DNA from: Podarcis liolepis
Taxonomy: Eukaryota
Assembly: GCA_965112155.1 (NCBI GenBank)
Contig: OZ218100.1
DNA length: 64,000 nt
Strand: one strand, 5' to 3'
Part shown: positions 52,010 through 64,000 of the stretch, piece after piece
Layout: the number at the start of each line of letters is the position of its first letter
How positions within the stretch are numbered: position 1 is the stretch's first letter
Notes under the pieces: model-generated
The model's database searches: none
What the model was told of the DNA's origin: nothing
What the model saw: the letters and a program-made list of their open reading frames with translations, nothing else
Position numbers and translations under genes: made by a program

Positions 52010-52585
52010 TATTTATTTATTTATTTTTAATATATGTTTATTTATCAGAAATAAATTATATTTTTACTTTTCATCACAGCACACAATATATCGCCAGAAG
52101 TTCTTTACTAAGGTAACAAAAATACAACTAAAGGAAACTAACCACAAAAAGACAAAGAATAAAGTTTTAGAATTAAATGTGCTTTTTTGTTGTGCTGCCA
52201 GTTTATATTTTCCTCATAAGCAAAACAGTTCTGGATTACATGCCACATAGCCTTTGCAATATTTTTATATTGAGTTTTACTATTATAGTATTGGATCAAT
52301 TATTAACATTCTAGTGATTTTTTCCCCTTTATTGCTTCCCATCCTACAAGTTTGACACATTACTATTCTATGCCAAATTGTTTGTTCCTACAACAATAGA
52401 TGACCGCTCTTGGGTATTACAGTGTTTAGCAATCAACATTCTGTCTGCTGCTAATATATCTCCTACTGTGTTTACATTTTTTGGCAATTCTTCATTCAGT
52501 TTCCTCAGCAACATGATTATGGGGTCCCATTTTAATTAATATATGCTGCCATTTCATTAATCTTTCTTAATTTTAAATTAAGGAG
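52010..52585 (-). mobile_element. Old L1 3' fragment
   Basis: Minus frame PIIMLL...ILAADRMLIAKH resembles L1 ORF2 C-terminus; A-rich tail. Confidence 0.5.
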
Positions 52586-52599
52586 ATTTTGGGGGATCT

Positions 52600-52981
52600 G
52601 GGGAATGCTGTGGATGTAAGTGCAGCTTGATTTCAATAAGGCATTTACAAAGTCCCTCACGATATTCTTGTGGAGAAGCTGGTAAAATATGGGCTGGTTG
52701 AAGCAACTGTTAGGTGGATTTGTAGCTGATTGACTGACTGAACCTAAAGAGTGCTCAGTAATGGTTCTTCATCCTGGAAAAAAGTGACAAGCGGGGTGCT
52801 GAAGGGTTTTGTCCCTTGTTGTTCAACACCTTTGGAAACAGAAGGAATTGAGGGGATCCGCTCATCCAATTTGCAGATGACACCAAACTGGGAGGGACAG
52901 CCAAGGCTGCAAATACAGAATTGGGATTCAAGGTGACCTTAACAGATTGGAGAACTTAGCCAAACTAACAAAATGAATTTC
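52600..52981 (+). mobile_element. Degenerate CR1 reverse-transcriptase fragment
   Basis: LDFNKAF..VPHDILVEKL, W..VTSGV and ADDTKLGG motifs, with stops and frameshifts. Confidence 0.88.
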
Positions 52982-53538
52982 TGTAGGAAGAGCCAGCTGC
53001 ATCAGCTGTTTAACATACATTCAAACTTTTGTAAGTGGTCTAAAAACAAAATGGTGCATGGATTTTCAGTGGACAATTTTTAATTTATTTTATTTTCTCT
53101 CACAAAATTCAGAACATTTTTAAAAAGAACTGTCTGAAGGACATATAATATTGTTAATATGGGTCATTTGCCTGACTTGCTATCATGTTCTGAGTTTCAT
53201 CTAATTTATTGTGGTTATCCAAAATATTTTTGTTATATGACAAAACCAGAAAATGGGAAGCATGTCAGCATTTGCCATACTGCATATTAACTGATCAGCT
53301 GTTCATTCAATTAAGTCTTGCAGGTGTTAGATATTAACAGAAAATTAGATTCTAAAAGCTATCTTTCAAGTTTGCAAATAGTGTCTGTCGTGTTATACTG
53401 TATGTTGCCAGAGACTTTTCTGTACTCTCTCTGAAATATTGTCTCTTTCTTATCCCAGTTGTTTTGATATGTATTTTTGATTAAATCTGAGTTCATAATA
53501 GTATAATGTAGTTTGCTCAAACATTGTTGTTTTTGTTA

Positions 53539-54246
53539 CCGTATTTTTCGCCCTATAGGACGCACTTTTCCCCCTCCAAAAATGAAGGGGAAATCTGGGT
53601 GCATCCTATGGGGCGAATGCAGGCCTTTGCTGAAGCTTGGAGAGTGAGAGGGGTCGGTGCGCACCGACCCCTCTCGCTCTCCAGCCTTCAGGAAGACATC
53701 CGCAGCCTAGGCAGCCCTGCAGGAGGTCTGGCAGGGATGTCTAGGCTGCGGATAGCAGCCTGCTTTCCGGAGCGTCGGGCGCCCTGAAAGCAGAGTGCCC
53801 GGCGCTTCGGGAACACATCCGCAGCCTAGGCAGCCCTATGGGAGGTCCCGCAGGGATGTCTAGGCTGCGGATAGCAGCCTGCTGCCCAGCGCGAGGGCGC
53901 CCTGAAGCAGAGCGCCCCCCGCGCCAGGCAGACATCCGCAGCGTGGGGAGCCTTGCAGGAGTTCCCCGCAGGGCTCCCCACGCTGCGGATAGCAGCCTGC
54001 CGCCCGGCGGACGGGGTGCCCTGATGCAGAGCGCCCCTCGCGTGGGGCAGACATCGGCCAGCCCCACAAGCTCGGGGGACAGCAGGGAGGCGCAGCGCCG
54101 CCATCCCGCTGTTCCTCGACCTGGTTCTGTTTCCCCGACCTGCTTTTGGGGGGGAAATAAAGGGAATTTTCCCCCCTTTATTTCCCCCCCCAAAAAAACT
54201 AGGTGCGTCCTATGGGACGGAGCGTCCTATGGGACGAAAAATACGG
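53539..54246. mobile_element. Tc2-like MITE with GC-rich internal hairpin array
   Basis: TIR CCGTATTTTTCG; TA TSD at 53537-38 and 54247-48; internal ~118-bp unit x3. Confidence 0.9.
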
Positions 54247-54843
54247 TATTCAGCCATTAAAGTTTCAACCTTTGACAGTGCTCTCCAGGTTCCACACCCT
54301 TTCAACAAACACATAGCAATGTGTATCATATGAAATTATTGAAACAGAGGAGGGTCCTGTTGACCATACCTGATTTGTCTCTAAGATTTTAGCATACCAT
54401 TCACAAATAACTTCCTCAATTAGATTAAACATTAAAGCATTATTACTCCAAATTAGTAATGTTTGGTCATGTATTTCTTCATTATAGCTGTTTAGGTTGT
54501 TTATCGCTGTTATAGTTAATTAATTATAGCTGTTAATGGAGACAGTCCTGGGCTCAATTTCCTATTATATTTGATCGAAACTGGTACCTAATATTATGTA
54601 ACCAGTCTCCTAGAATTGCCATTCTGGAAGCATGTGATATTTATATGAAGGATGCTTTATAAGCATTCCTGGAGTACTTTGATGACAATTAAACTGCCCC
54701 ATTGCAACAGGCATTGTGACCTACTACTGGTATATTATCTGACTGGCTGCCCAGCCAACACACAACTCTCTTGCCATTCTTCTCGTTCTTCCTCTCTTCC
54801 CCCTCTTTTCCTTTATATTCTTACTTTCCTGGATGAAAGATAA

Positions 54844-55187
54844 AAAGGTAAAGGACCCCCGACAGTTTAGTCCAGTCGTGTATGACTCTGAGGTTGCGGC
54901 GCTCATCTCACTTTACAGGCCGAGGGAGCCGGCGTTTGTTTGCAGACAGTTTTTCCGGGTCATGTGGCCAGCATGACAAAGCCGCTTCTGGCGAAACCAG
55001 AGCAGCGCACAGAAACACTGTTTACCTTCTCGCCAGAGCGGTACCTATTTATCTACTTGCACATTTTGGTGTGCTTTCAAACTGCTAGGTTGGTAGGAGC
55101 TGGGATAGAGCAAGGGGAGCTCATCCCATTGCGGGGATTCGAACCGCCAACCTTCCGATCAGCAAGCCCAAGAGGCTCAGTGGTTTA
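54844..55187 (-). mobile_element. Sauria SINE (near full-length, different subfamily)
   Basis: Same body as 44460, with extra gtttgtttgcagacag segment. Confidence 0.92.
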
Positions 55188-55324
55188 GGAGGCTGCAAAT
55201 TCACAAAGCACAAGTAGCATGGAATAGCAACATAATTCAGTTAGCAGGGGCTTCTTTTCTTCTGGATAATGTTGTGCTAACCAAAGATATAACTTTCCAT
55301 TTCTGAAATCCAAGGTTTTTAATA

Positions 55325-55545
55325 ACATAAGAGGAACCCTATTGGATCAGGTCAATGGCCCATCTTGTCCAGCGTCCTGTTCTCCCAGAGGCCAACCAGG
55401 TGCCTAGGTGAAGCTTGGAAGCAGGACGTGTGTGCAACACTTGTGATTCCCAGTGACTGGTACTCAGAGTTATTTTGTCTCTGACATTGAAGGTAGAAGA
55501 CAGCCACCGTGACAAGTAGCCACTGACAGCCTTATCCTTCTTGAA
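55325..55545 (-). mobile_element. Old SINE/CR1-like tail repeat
   Basis: aacataagag..ggatcagg..tggcccatct..tccagc..ctgttctc; related copies at ~6080-6260, 14810-14930, 24290-24465 (opposite strand) and 41805-41975. Confidence 0.65.
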
Positions 55546-56557
55546 ATTATCCCTCTCTATTACCCCTCTCTTGTTTTTATCAGTATTATTCAAGGTAATG
55601 AATTTTTTTCTGAGTACACAGAAAGAATTGGATTTCTTGACTTTCTCCCCTGCACAGATGTTGCTCGTATCATTTCCTCCTGATATAATAATCACCTTAT
55701 GCTGTACCTGTCAAACATGTTCACCATCACCACTGCAACAAAAACCTACTGTTTAGCTCATCTTCCTCAGGAATATTATGCAGGAGGCGGCAGACTCTGG
55801 TTTCTACGCATTTTGCTGCACAGTGTGCGTTTTGCAAGGTGAATGATGTTTTCGCTGTGCGTAGATGGACAGCATGCCAATGCTTGCTCGTGTTTTCAAT
55901 TTGTATCTCATTATACCCTCTTCAGATTCTGTTTTGTTTGGAGCTGCCTAGATTCCCCTCCTTGTTCGTTAACTTAGCTTTCTCTCCCCGTCTTTCAAGG
56001 AGAGAACCAGAGTCACCTCTGCAGCTGCCGAGGGAAAGCTTTTCTGTCAGACCAGGCAATGCTGCCTAGGGAAATTCACACGCATGTACCGTAATTCAGC
56101 ATTCATGAACAGACTGTGAGGCATAGCATTCAAAACACAAATGTGTGGGTAAGGGATAGAGAGAAAAGATGTTTCCAGCTAGGGAAAATAAACTATATGA
56201 GATATGGGAGGGAAAGGAAATTATACAGTAGCAAGGATTTTCTACCTTACTGGCCTTCTGGCATCAAAGATGTGTTGAACATGAGCCTTGCAAGGAGCTA
56301 CACAGTGATCTTCCCCTAACTTTGTCTAAACCCCAAAAATGTTTTACTTAAAGCACATCTGATAGCTTCCTGCTCAAGCCTTCCAGGGCTACAGATGAGA
56401 TAACTTCCTGATGGTTACTCACACCAGTTGTTGAACATTATGCAGTAGTTTCCATGGAATAACATACCAAATGCATTATATGAACGGAAATTGCATATAC
56501 AAATGCCTTTTAGGAAAAAGGTGCACTAAAATGCTGATGAATTTTAATGACGACATC

Positions 56558-56600
<43 letters not shown>
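56558..56600. repeat. (TAT)n microsatellite
   Basis: Direct reading. Confidence 0.95.
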
Positions 56601-56602
<2 letters not shown>

Positions 56603-56703
56603 AAAACAACAACCCTCAGACTAATGTCATAAATTGAATTTAAGATTGGAAAAATGAGAAACCAAGAGAAACTGAAATAGACAGATTCATCAATCACTAT
56701 GAG

Positions 56704-56850
56704 CAGTGGCGTAGCGTGGGTTGTCAGCACCCGGGGCAAGGCAAGTAATTTGCGCCCCCTAACCCGTGGATTTGTGCCCCCTAACCCTAACCCCCAGATG
56801 TTGCGCCCGGTGCGGCCGGCCCCCCCTGCACCCCCCACGCTACGCCACTG
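56704..56850. mobile_element. Young hAT MITE
   Basis: Perfect 17-bp TIR CAGTGGCGTAGCGTGGG; perfect TSD actatgag. Confidence 0.95.
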
Positions 56851-57430
56851 ACTATGAGGTAGCAGCTGAAGTGATGGGTGAACCAGATTGCTGGTACGTC
56901 AACTTTTCACTGCTCGCTTCTTCCAACCCTGCTCCTGTAATGATGGGATACAGGAATCGCACACAATGAACATGGTCCAACTGGAAGAGCAAGATTCAGG
57001 TGGTAAGAAATTTGTGTCATTGGCCCCATCACTCATTTGGCCATATCTAATTGGGACAGCATGTGAATAGGCCACAGAGGATTTCTACCAACACCACTTA
57101 GCTAGTTTACTCGTAGTTGATGAGTTTGTATGGTTGCAACATATGAAATAAAAAGTTTTTTTTAATGGAAAAATGGAAGATCCCCGATTTAAATGTCTTT
57201 TGAAAAGATTGCCTGTAAAAACAACATATTTCATCAATCCTGCAGGAGAATAGACAGCACTGACACTTAAAAATCTAGCAGAACATAAACTGGGAGAGAT
57301 AAGGTCTTATTTCAAGGTTAATTGAACAGAATCAATTCCTCCCCTTTTGTGATACTTAAAGCTCCTTTCACTTGCTTTTCATTTCCCATTCTCTGACCCC
57401 ACTTTTTTATTCTTCCCTTCCCCCCTATCT

Positions 57431-57923
57431 TAGGGCTACCAAATGTCCCCGGTTCCCGGAGACAGTCCCCGGTTCCCGGGGACAGTCCCCGGATTTGCAA
57501 ATCTGTCCCTGGGAAATGTGGCAGCGGCAGTCTCAGCAGCCCAGAGCCAGCCTGGTAGCGCAGTTGGCTCTGGCTGGCTTCAGGAGCTGTTCACTGCCGT
57601 GGCGCCCGCCATTTTTCCTTACCAAAAGTCCCCATATGATGTGTCTTGTGCTCCTATGATGTGTCATGTGCGATCTCCTTCCCCCTTCGTTTTGACTGAT
57701 CGAGGGAGGCTCGGGAGTCGCAGCTGGCCGGCCATTTATGTTTCTGTGCATTTATGTTTCACAGGGTGCGAAAGAAGGGCTTTGCACCTTTATACAATAT
57801 GTATGTATGCTTGGGCGCAGGGTCTTTTGCCTCACCATCCCCACTACTGATTCCTGTTGCTACTCAGTTTTTTTTAATAAAAAGTGTCCCCGGATTCATT
57901 GAAGGAAAAAATCTGGTAACCAT
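57431..57923. mobile_element. hAT-like non-autonomous element
   Basis: Termini tagggctaccaaat / atctggtaaccata; subterminal gtccccgg repeats at both ends. Confidence 0.65.
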
Positions 57924-58409
57924 ACCCTATTTTATAAGTTGAGGCACAGCCCTAGACTAACTGGTGACCTAGGCAGGGATTGTCTTCAGCAACCCACTCC
58001 AGTCCATTAACTCTTGAATACCTTTTTCGTATTGCTTTTGCGGTCAGTTTCAAACATGATTTGATGCATGCCATGATTTCCATGTCTGATTTATTCCTGT
58101 CGTTTCAGATTATACAATTGTATCATGGAACTTGTTGCAAGCGGGGGTGGCCAAAACTACACTGAGCCTAGTGTTGTGGGATCAGTTCCAGTTAATACAG
58201 CCTGAGGATATAAACAGGTTGCTTGCAGCAATGTACCTGACCACCTGCTCATAAGATCCTTGTCATTCCTGGCTTATTAAAGCTAGCCAGACTTTATATG
58301 GCAAGTATAACAATATCTGGAACATGTTTATAAAAGATAAAGTAGATTACAAAAGAACCACATATGTATTTAGATAATAATTACATTTATGTACAACAAC
58401 AACAACAAC

Positions 58410-58779
58410 ATTTTATTATTTATACCCCGCCCATCTGGCTGGGTTTCCCCAGCCACACTGTGCAGCTCCCAACAGAATATTAAAAACATGATGAAACATC
58501 AAATATTAAAAATTTCCCTAAACAGGGTGGCCTTCAGATGTCTTCTAAAAGTCAGATAGTTGTTTATTTCCTTGACATCTGATGGGAGGGCATTCCACAG
58601 GGTGGGCACCACTACCAAGAAGGCCCTCTGCCTGGTTCCCTGTAGCTTCACTTCTGGCAGTGAGGGAACCGCCAGAAGGCCCTCAGAGCTGGGCCTCAGT
58701 GTCTGGGCTGAACGATGGGGGTGGAGGCGCTCCTTCAGGTATACTTGGCCGAGGCCATTTAGGGCTTTAAAGGTCAGCA
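58410..58779 (-). mobile_element. L2 LINE 3' end
   Basis: LTFKALNGLG..YLKERL...RAF.VV.PTLWNALP...FRRHLK, then 3'UTR ccagatgggcggggtataaataataaa. Confidence 0.93.
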
Positions 58780-59049
58780 CCACCACCACCACCACCACCA
58801 CCACCAACAGACAAGCATATATGGAACAGTAGGTGTTTGCATATAAAGTGATATAATATACATTTCACTCCTTTTAATTTCTTTTTTAAAAAAATTATTC
58901 ACTTTTTATTTCAATTTTAGTGACAACTATTCTATTCTAGTGACAACTGGATATACAGTTGTCACTAGAGGCCCAAGTGTCTTCTATAGCTAGGAGTGCC
59001 TTTTACTAACTTTGTCTGCTTCACCAGCTATGTCTGTTTCTGGACAGGG

Positions 59050-59160
59050 CTCGCTTGATGACACTAGTCCATGTATCAGTAACCCTGAGGCTGGATTACT
59101 GCAAAGTGTTGTTCTATGTGTGGATGCCCTTGAGGCTGGTTTGGATCTTCCAGCTCCAGT
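59050..59160 (+). mobile_element. Old L2 fragment
   Basis: TLVHVSVTLRLDYC motif. Confidence 0.6.
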
Positions 59161-61157
59161 ATAGCCATCAATCGAACCATTTCCCTTTAAAATTAAGGGA
59201 CCAGTGAATTCTACCAGCAAATTTATTTTCAAAAGTCTATTTTTACTCAGTTCATCTTTCTGGTGCGCCTTTATCGGTGCACAATTTCCATAAAGTGCTG
59301 TAAGCTCTAGACCGGCTTTGAAAAAGATGCTTCAAACTCAACTCATTTTCTTTTGCTTCCTCTCAATCTGTGTAGAATTGTATACAGTGCCTGGAATCTG
59401 ATAATAATTTCATGACCTCATTTATATGATGCTGCATTAGGAACATGGGCACAATAAAGAAATGTATCTCATATATTTCAGGTCCCCCTCTTTTACCTCC
59501 TTCTGAGAGAATACGTGTCGAAAGAGTAACGGCAAGCAGGAGGCACCAAGGAGTCATATTGTATTTCCATGGCCTTGGACTCTGGGGGTTCCATATGGGC
59601 TACCTCTACTAGGCATCTGTGAGATTTTGGCTGCCAAGGGGTTGAACTATCCCCCATACACATTTTTAGATTTCCTCTTCACCCTCAGCTGCTGGGAGGC
59701 TGGCTTTGGCATAGCATCTTATATCCACAGGATGACTCGTGGTATAATTTCCTTTCCTAGTATAACAAAGCTAATCCTGAGATTTACTAGGGAAAGTGGG
59801 AACTCTTATTCATATATTACAGGAAACAGTAAAAGGTGTCCTCCCCTCTTTTTTTCCTTTTTTTTTACTGGAAGTGTAAAAAGAGAAAGCATTTTTATTT
59901 TATTTTTTTGCCTTTTCTGGTAATACGTGATTGAGCTGCACTTCCTCTCAGGAATAACACGAGGAGAGGCAAAATGCCCTTTGTATATGGGAACTCTGCA
60001 GAGGAAAGTAATCTGAAAGCCCGTCTTCTTTAGCATCTCACACCATGGCAGCTTGGGGAGATGCTAACCTAAGTGGATTTCAAGTTATATCTGACCATGG
60101 TGAAAAGCATCTGTCTCGCATGTAGGAGATCCCAGGTCATCTAGGTCCTCTTGGGTCTCTAGGTAGGGCTGGTAATCCCTCTCTTGGAAACTCCAGATAA
60201 CTACTGTCAATCAATGTAGACAATACTGAGCTAGACTCAGTATAAGGCAGCTTCTATGGATGCTTTCCAACCCACAGGTAGAATGTTTCATGGTGGCATG
60301 CTGTAACCAAATCCTGTGTATGCCAGGGACTTTTCATCACCACTATGCCATTGGCCAATAAAGTTATATTAAGGTGGCTTATCCCCATGGCTGCTGTGTT
60401 GTTTCTTAAGGAACATGATGAAAGGGTCTCAAGTGGTTTCCACTTCTAATTTCTGTGTTTCCAACAAGGCTCTGAGTCATAATAATGGTATCTGAATGGG
60501 TCAGACATATTTCTGATGGATGGGACTGGATTGTAAATAGATGTGGTTTGTCTATAAGCAGGCTGTCTGCATTTCCCCTGGGGAACTCCAAGTCATTCTA
60601 TATATACAAAATATTATTTCAGAACTGGCTGCGAGTCACTGTAATAAGATGTCAGTTTAGTAACAGGTATCTGCAGATGAAAGATAGCCCGACCCAATGC
60701 ACTCTGCTGATAAAGCAGCCTCCCCAAATATCCAAAGAGAAGCCCCAAGGGAAAAACAGTCTCCACAAAAGACAAGAATTGCAGATGGGAGGGAAGGTAA
60801 TTGTGCTTGATTGAAGGAAGTAATACTATTTCAAGCAGAAAAATGAAGACATAAAAGAAAAGAAAAAGTATGTTCAGCTGAGGGCAAGAATCTGGCCACT
60901 GAGGCACAAATATGGAAGGCACTTAATATTGCTTGAAAACCAGAGGTAAGCAGAAAAGTAATAGAAGAAGGCATCAAGCTTTGTTCCTGTCCTTAATGAA
61001 GCTAATCACTAAATTATTCCCCTCCCTTGTCTTCTGCAAACATAGATTTGACTTACTATTTTAAGAGCAAGATGGATTCTTTCTAACTCTGCCAAAGGGC
61101 AGAAAATGTTGCAACATATTGGACCATTGTTGTTTGGGAAAATATGAACTTCATCAT

Positions 61158-61159
<2 letters not shown>

Positions 61160-61215
<56 letters not shown>
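61160..61215. repeat. (TC)n microsatellite
   Basis: Direct reading. Confidence 0.97.
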
Positions 61216-61218
<3 letters not shown>

Positions 61219-62403
61219 CAGCCTGATGAAGTAAACAAGGCTAGAAATCCTAGACACACACTAAGAAAATACTCCAAACAAAAAGTATCAACTTCTCTCT
61301 TCACCTTTCCTGTTTGGGCTTTCCCACACTTACCTTTTGAACAATGCTGTATAGGCCCAGGTTTGCGGTTTCCTGGCCCATGTCTTTGGTTGGCTGTGGT
61401 GAGATTTGTTTGTGTGAGTGAGTGAGTGAGTGAATGAATGTGTGAGTGGGTGGATTTTTGGATCAGGTTAGCCATATTGATTCATAAGCTGTGGATTCTT
61501 GTTGTTGTCTTGTTGGTAATTTTTGTAAACTAAGAAATCTTTAATATATATTTTTTTTAAAAGGTGAGCAGGGACCAGTGATTCCCTCCTTGCCTGAAGT
61601 AAAGAGGAAAGAAGTGTTCTAGTCACATGTTCCTGCAGTGGTAGTCTGGTCCAGAGCCCACTACAGGTGCTTGGAGGCATCTATATACATGACATCTAAT
61701 GTGAAACAGCTCTGACTCTCTTTGTGGCATTACTTCACTATACCCAGCCTTAAGTATATCATCATCTGCAATGCACTTAGAACTAAAGTAATAAAAATGT
61801 TTTGAAGAGCATCCCTGCCCTTACTTCTACAGAGCAGTTATTGACTTGCACTGTTGACAGAAAGAGACTCTAATTGATGTTGCTGACAAAACAAGCCAGG
61901 CAGAAGACAGACTGTCACCATCCCTGCCATAACCATACATTTTATACATTTGATCATGACATCTGTGGATGTGTATGGCAATTTGTCTGCCTTCTGAAAC
62001 AGAAGTAAACTGTTAAAAGACTTACACAGTCCCTGTGAAATGTTTTGGAACTAGAGTGGTATGTCATTCTTTTCACAGCCTGCCTCTAATCTCATCTTTC
62101 AATTTCAGTTTTATTTGTGGGTTAAAAAAGCCGTTCCTGGCAAACTTAATGCACTAAGAGAAATTCAAAAGGAGTTTATACTCCCTCTTTCCTTTTCCTT
62201 TTCCTCAGATCTTTTGAAAAGCTGCATTCTGCAGTTAAAGCTAGAACAGCAGAATGTACATACAAAATAGAAGTGTCCTCTCTGATTGCAGAGTCCAATA
62301 ATCAGAAAGGCCAACAGTAACATTATGCTGTAAGTGGCTCTAACTGCACACCACACACTCTCAAACTATGGGGCAAGTTTCCATAAGGAGCAGTATTGGA
62401 TAC

Positions 62404-62543
62404 NNNNNNNNNNNNNNNNNNNNNNNNNNNNNNNNNNNNNNNNNNNNNNNNNNNNNNNNNNNNNNNNNNNNNNNNNNNNNNNNNNNNNNNNNNNNNNNNN
62501 NNNNNNNNNNNNNNNNNNNNNNNNNNNNNNNNNNNNNNNNNNN
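62404..62543. other. Assembly gap (140 N)
   Basis: Run of N. Confidence 0.99.
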
Positions 62544-63433
62544 TCATAATGAACAAAAAAATCATGATCTCCGCTCACATTGAGAAGCATGAGAAGCATG
62601 TGAAGCATGAGAAGGTATTTGTGACATTAAAAATCATGGTACAGATGAGTTATCTGAAGGAGTCATTCACCATCTGCACTCACCAGTGGTAGGGAAGACG
62701 TATCCACCCTCTGCATATTTGTGTAAAACATTTGTCAGGACACACTTCACGGAGTCAAATGGTGTTGCAGCAATGAAAATCCATCTCAGGCTTCATGATT
62801 GTCTTGTGACAAGTGGCAATATCTGCAAGTAAAGAAAGTCAATTTCAGCCTGAAATTTTTACTCAAAAGTAGCTCCAATTGATTTTAATGAGACTTGCAC
62901 CCATGTACACAGGGCTGCAGCCTTGGGATTTATCTGCCCGTTGAGAAACAAATAACTTTTCCATACGCAGAGCCAAGATCCTCCTGTGGCACAGACAACA
63001 TCTCACTATTTGTGTTGGGAATCAACCTTATCCCTTTATTTTCTTTACGGCTCCTATTAATAGGGCACTCAATTCTCTCACTCTCCTTGTCTCCATTTTG
63101 CCATGCCTTTTGTTTCCTTTTAGCATTAGCACAAGAGAATAAAGAACAAATTGCATTATCCCAGTAATTAGCCATCTCAACAATGTAGCAGTATCACAGC
63201 GGCAGTAATGCAGTGTAACAATTTGCATAAATTAGTTTTCGGGTCCCAGGGAAGCCGTTTCGGTAGCATTTAGAAGGAAAGTAAGTGCCAGGGAGGGTCA
63301 GGCCAGTGGGAATCATTTATTGTAATCAGACTAAAGAGAAGAATGGAAACAGCCATTAAGAGAGCCATGAAAGTGTCGTGCGCTTCTTAGAGTTATGCTT
63401 AGCTACTGTGGGTCTGCTCTCATGCACTATAGG

Positions 63434-63582
63434 CAGTGCTTTTTTTCCTGGGGGGACGCAGGGGTATGCATACCCCTAAACATTTTGTGAATCTAAGTTT
63501 GGCCTCATTGAGGGGGAGTATTTCAATATGAGTAGGAAAATGAGAGTACTCCTGAACAATTTTTTTTAAGAAAAAATTACTG
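63434..63582. mobile_element. hAT MITE
   Basis: Inverted relative of 31429; TSD actatagg / gctatagg. Confidence 0.8.
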
Positions 63583-63760
63583 GCTATAGGCAATTGAACT
63601 CAGCCTCTGGTTGCTGTGCAGAATCCATGCCCTATCTCCGGATAACTTAAAGAGAATTGGGAAGGGCGGGTTTTGAAGCTGCAGCCCCTCTCCCCACAAA
63701 CCCTTCTGCAGAAGACAAAGCAACTTGAAAAGGTTTTGTCCACAATTTTTGAGTCAGAAG

Positions 63761-64000
63761 CAAGGCCAGATTTAGGTTTGATGAGGCCCTAAGCTACTGA
63801 AGGTAATGGGGCCCTTTATATGTCCAGCTGTCCTTTGTCAACAACAAATTGTCGCTGTTTTTTGTGTTGAATATATGCTATATGGTAATTTATGGACCTA
63901 ATAGGTATCTAAAGCCATTTGCACATAACAAAATATGTATTTTATCCCAGTAGTTGATATAGAAATGAGCGAACCAGTGATATTTTAGGGAGCAGGCTAG
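63761..64000. mobile_element. Probable DNA transposon end, cut by the window edge
   Basis: caaggccagatttagg..gaggccctaagc terminus resembles hAT-like MITEs; other end not visible. Confidence 0.4.

Noticed and set aside
53741-54260. Overlapping GC-rich ORFs; possible hammerhead (ctgatg/gaaa)
   Set aside because: ORFs reflect stop-poor GC-rich palindromes. No complete CUGANGA...GAAA core in the right arrangement.
61221-61250. cctgatgaag...gaaa hammerhead-like string
   Set aside because: No convincing stem II or flanking stems; likely chance.
21200-64000. Expected syntenic neighbours GPR31/CCR6 coding sequence
   Set aside because: No ~300+ aa seven-transmembrane ORF on either strand in the ORF track.

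Overview
Eukaryotic vertebrate genomic DNA, most likely from a lacertid lizard (inferred from Podarcis/Lacerta-type Sauria SINEs). The only protein-coding gene I can support is a complete, intact UNC93A on the minus strand: 8 coding exons, join(21144..21058, 20248..20067, 18879..18650, 16827..16699, 15466..15255, 13253..13118, 11106..10975, 5269..4992), 1386 nt = 461 aa + stop, all introns GT-AG with consistent phases. The remaining ~43 kb upstream is intergenic and dense with transposon remnants: Sauria and other tRNA-derived SINEs; CR1, L2, RTE and L1 LINE fragments; a Penelope fragment; hAT MITEs with 8-bp TSDs; and TA-flanked Tc2-like and Tigger-like MITEs. There are also microsatellites and one 140-N assembly gap. 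No prokaryotic-type system (CRISPR, operon) is present and I found no clearly new biological system. The best leads are a tandem array of hairpins with compensatory substitutions inside a Tc2-like MITE, a decayed Penelope hammerhead, nested insertions, and several candidate unannotated exons with a possible promoter. Repeat family names come from my recognition of motifs, not from a database search.
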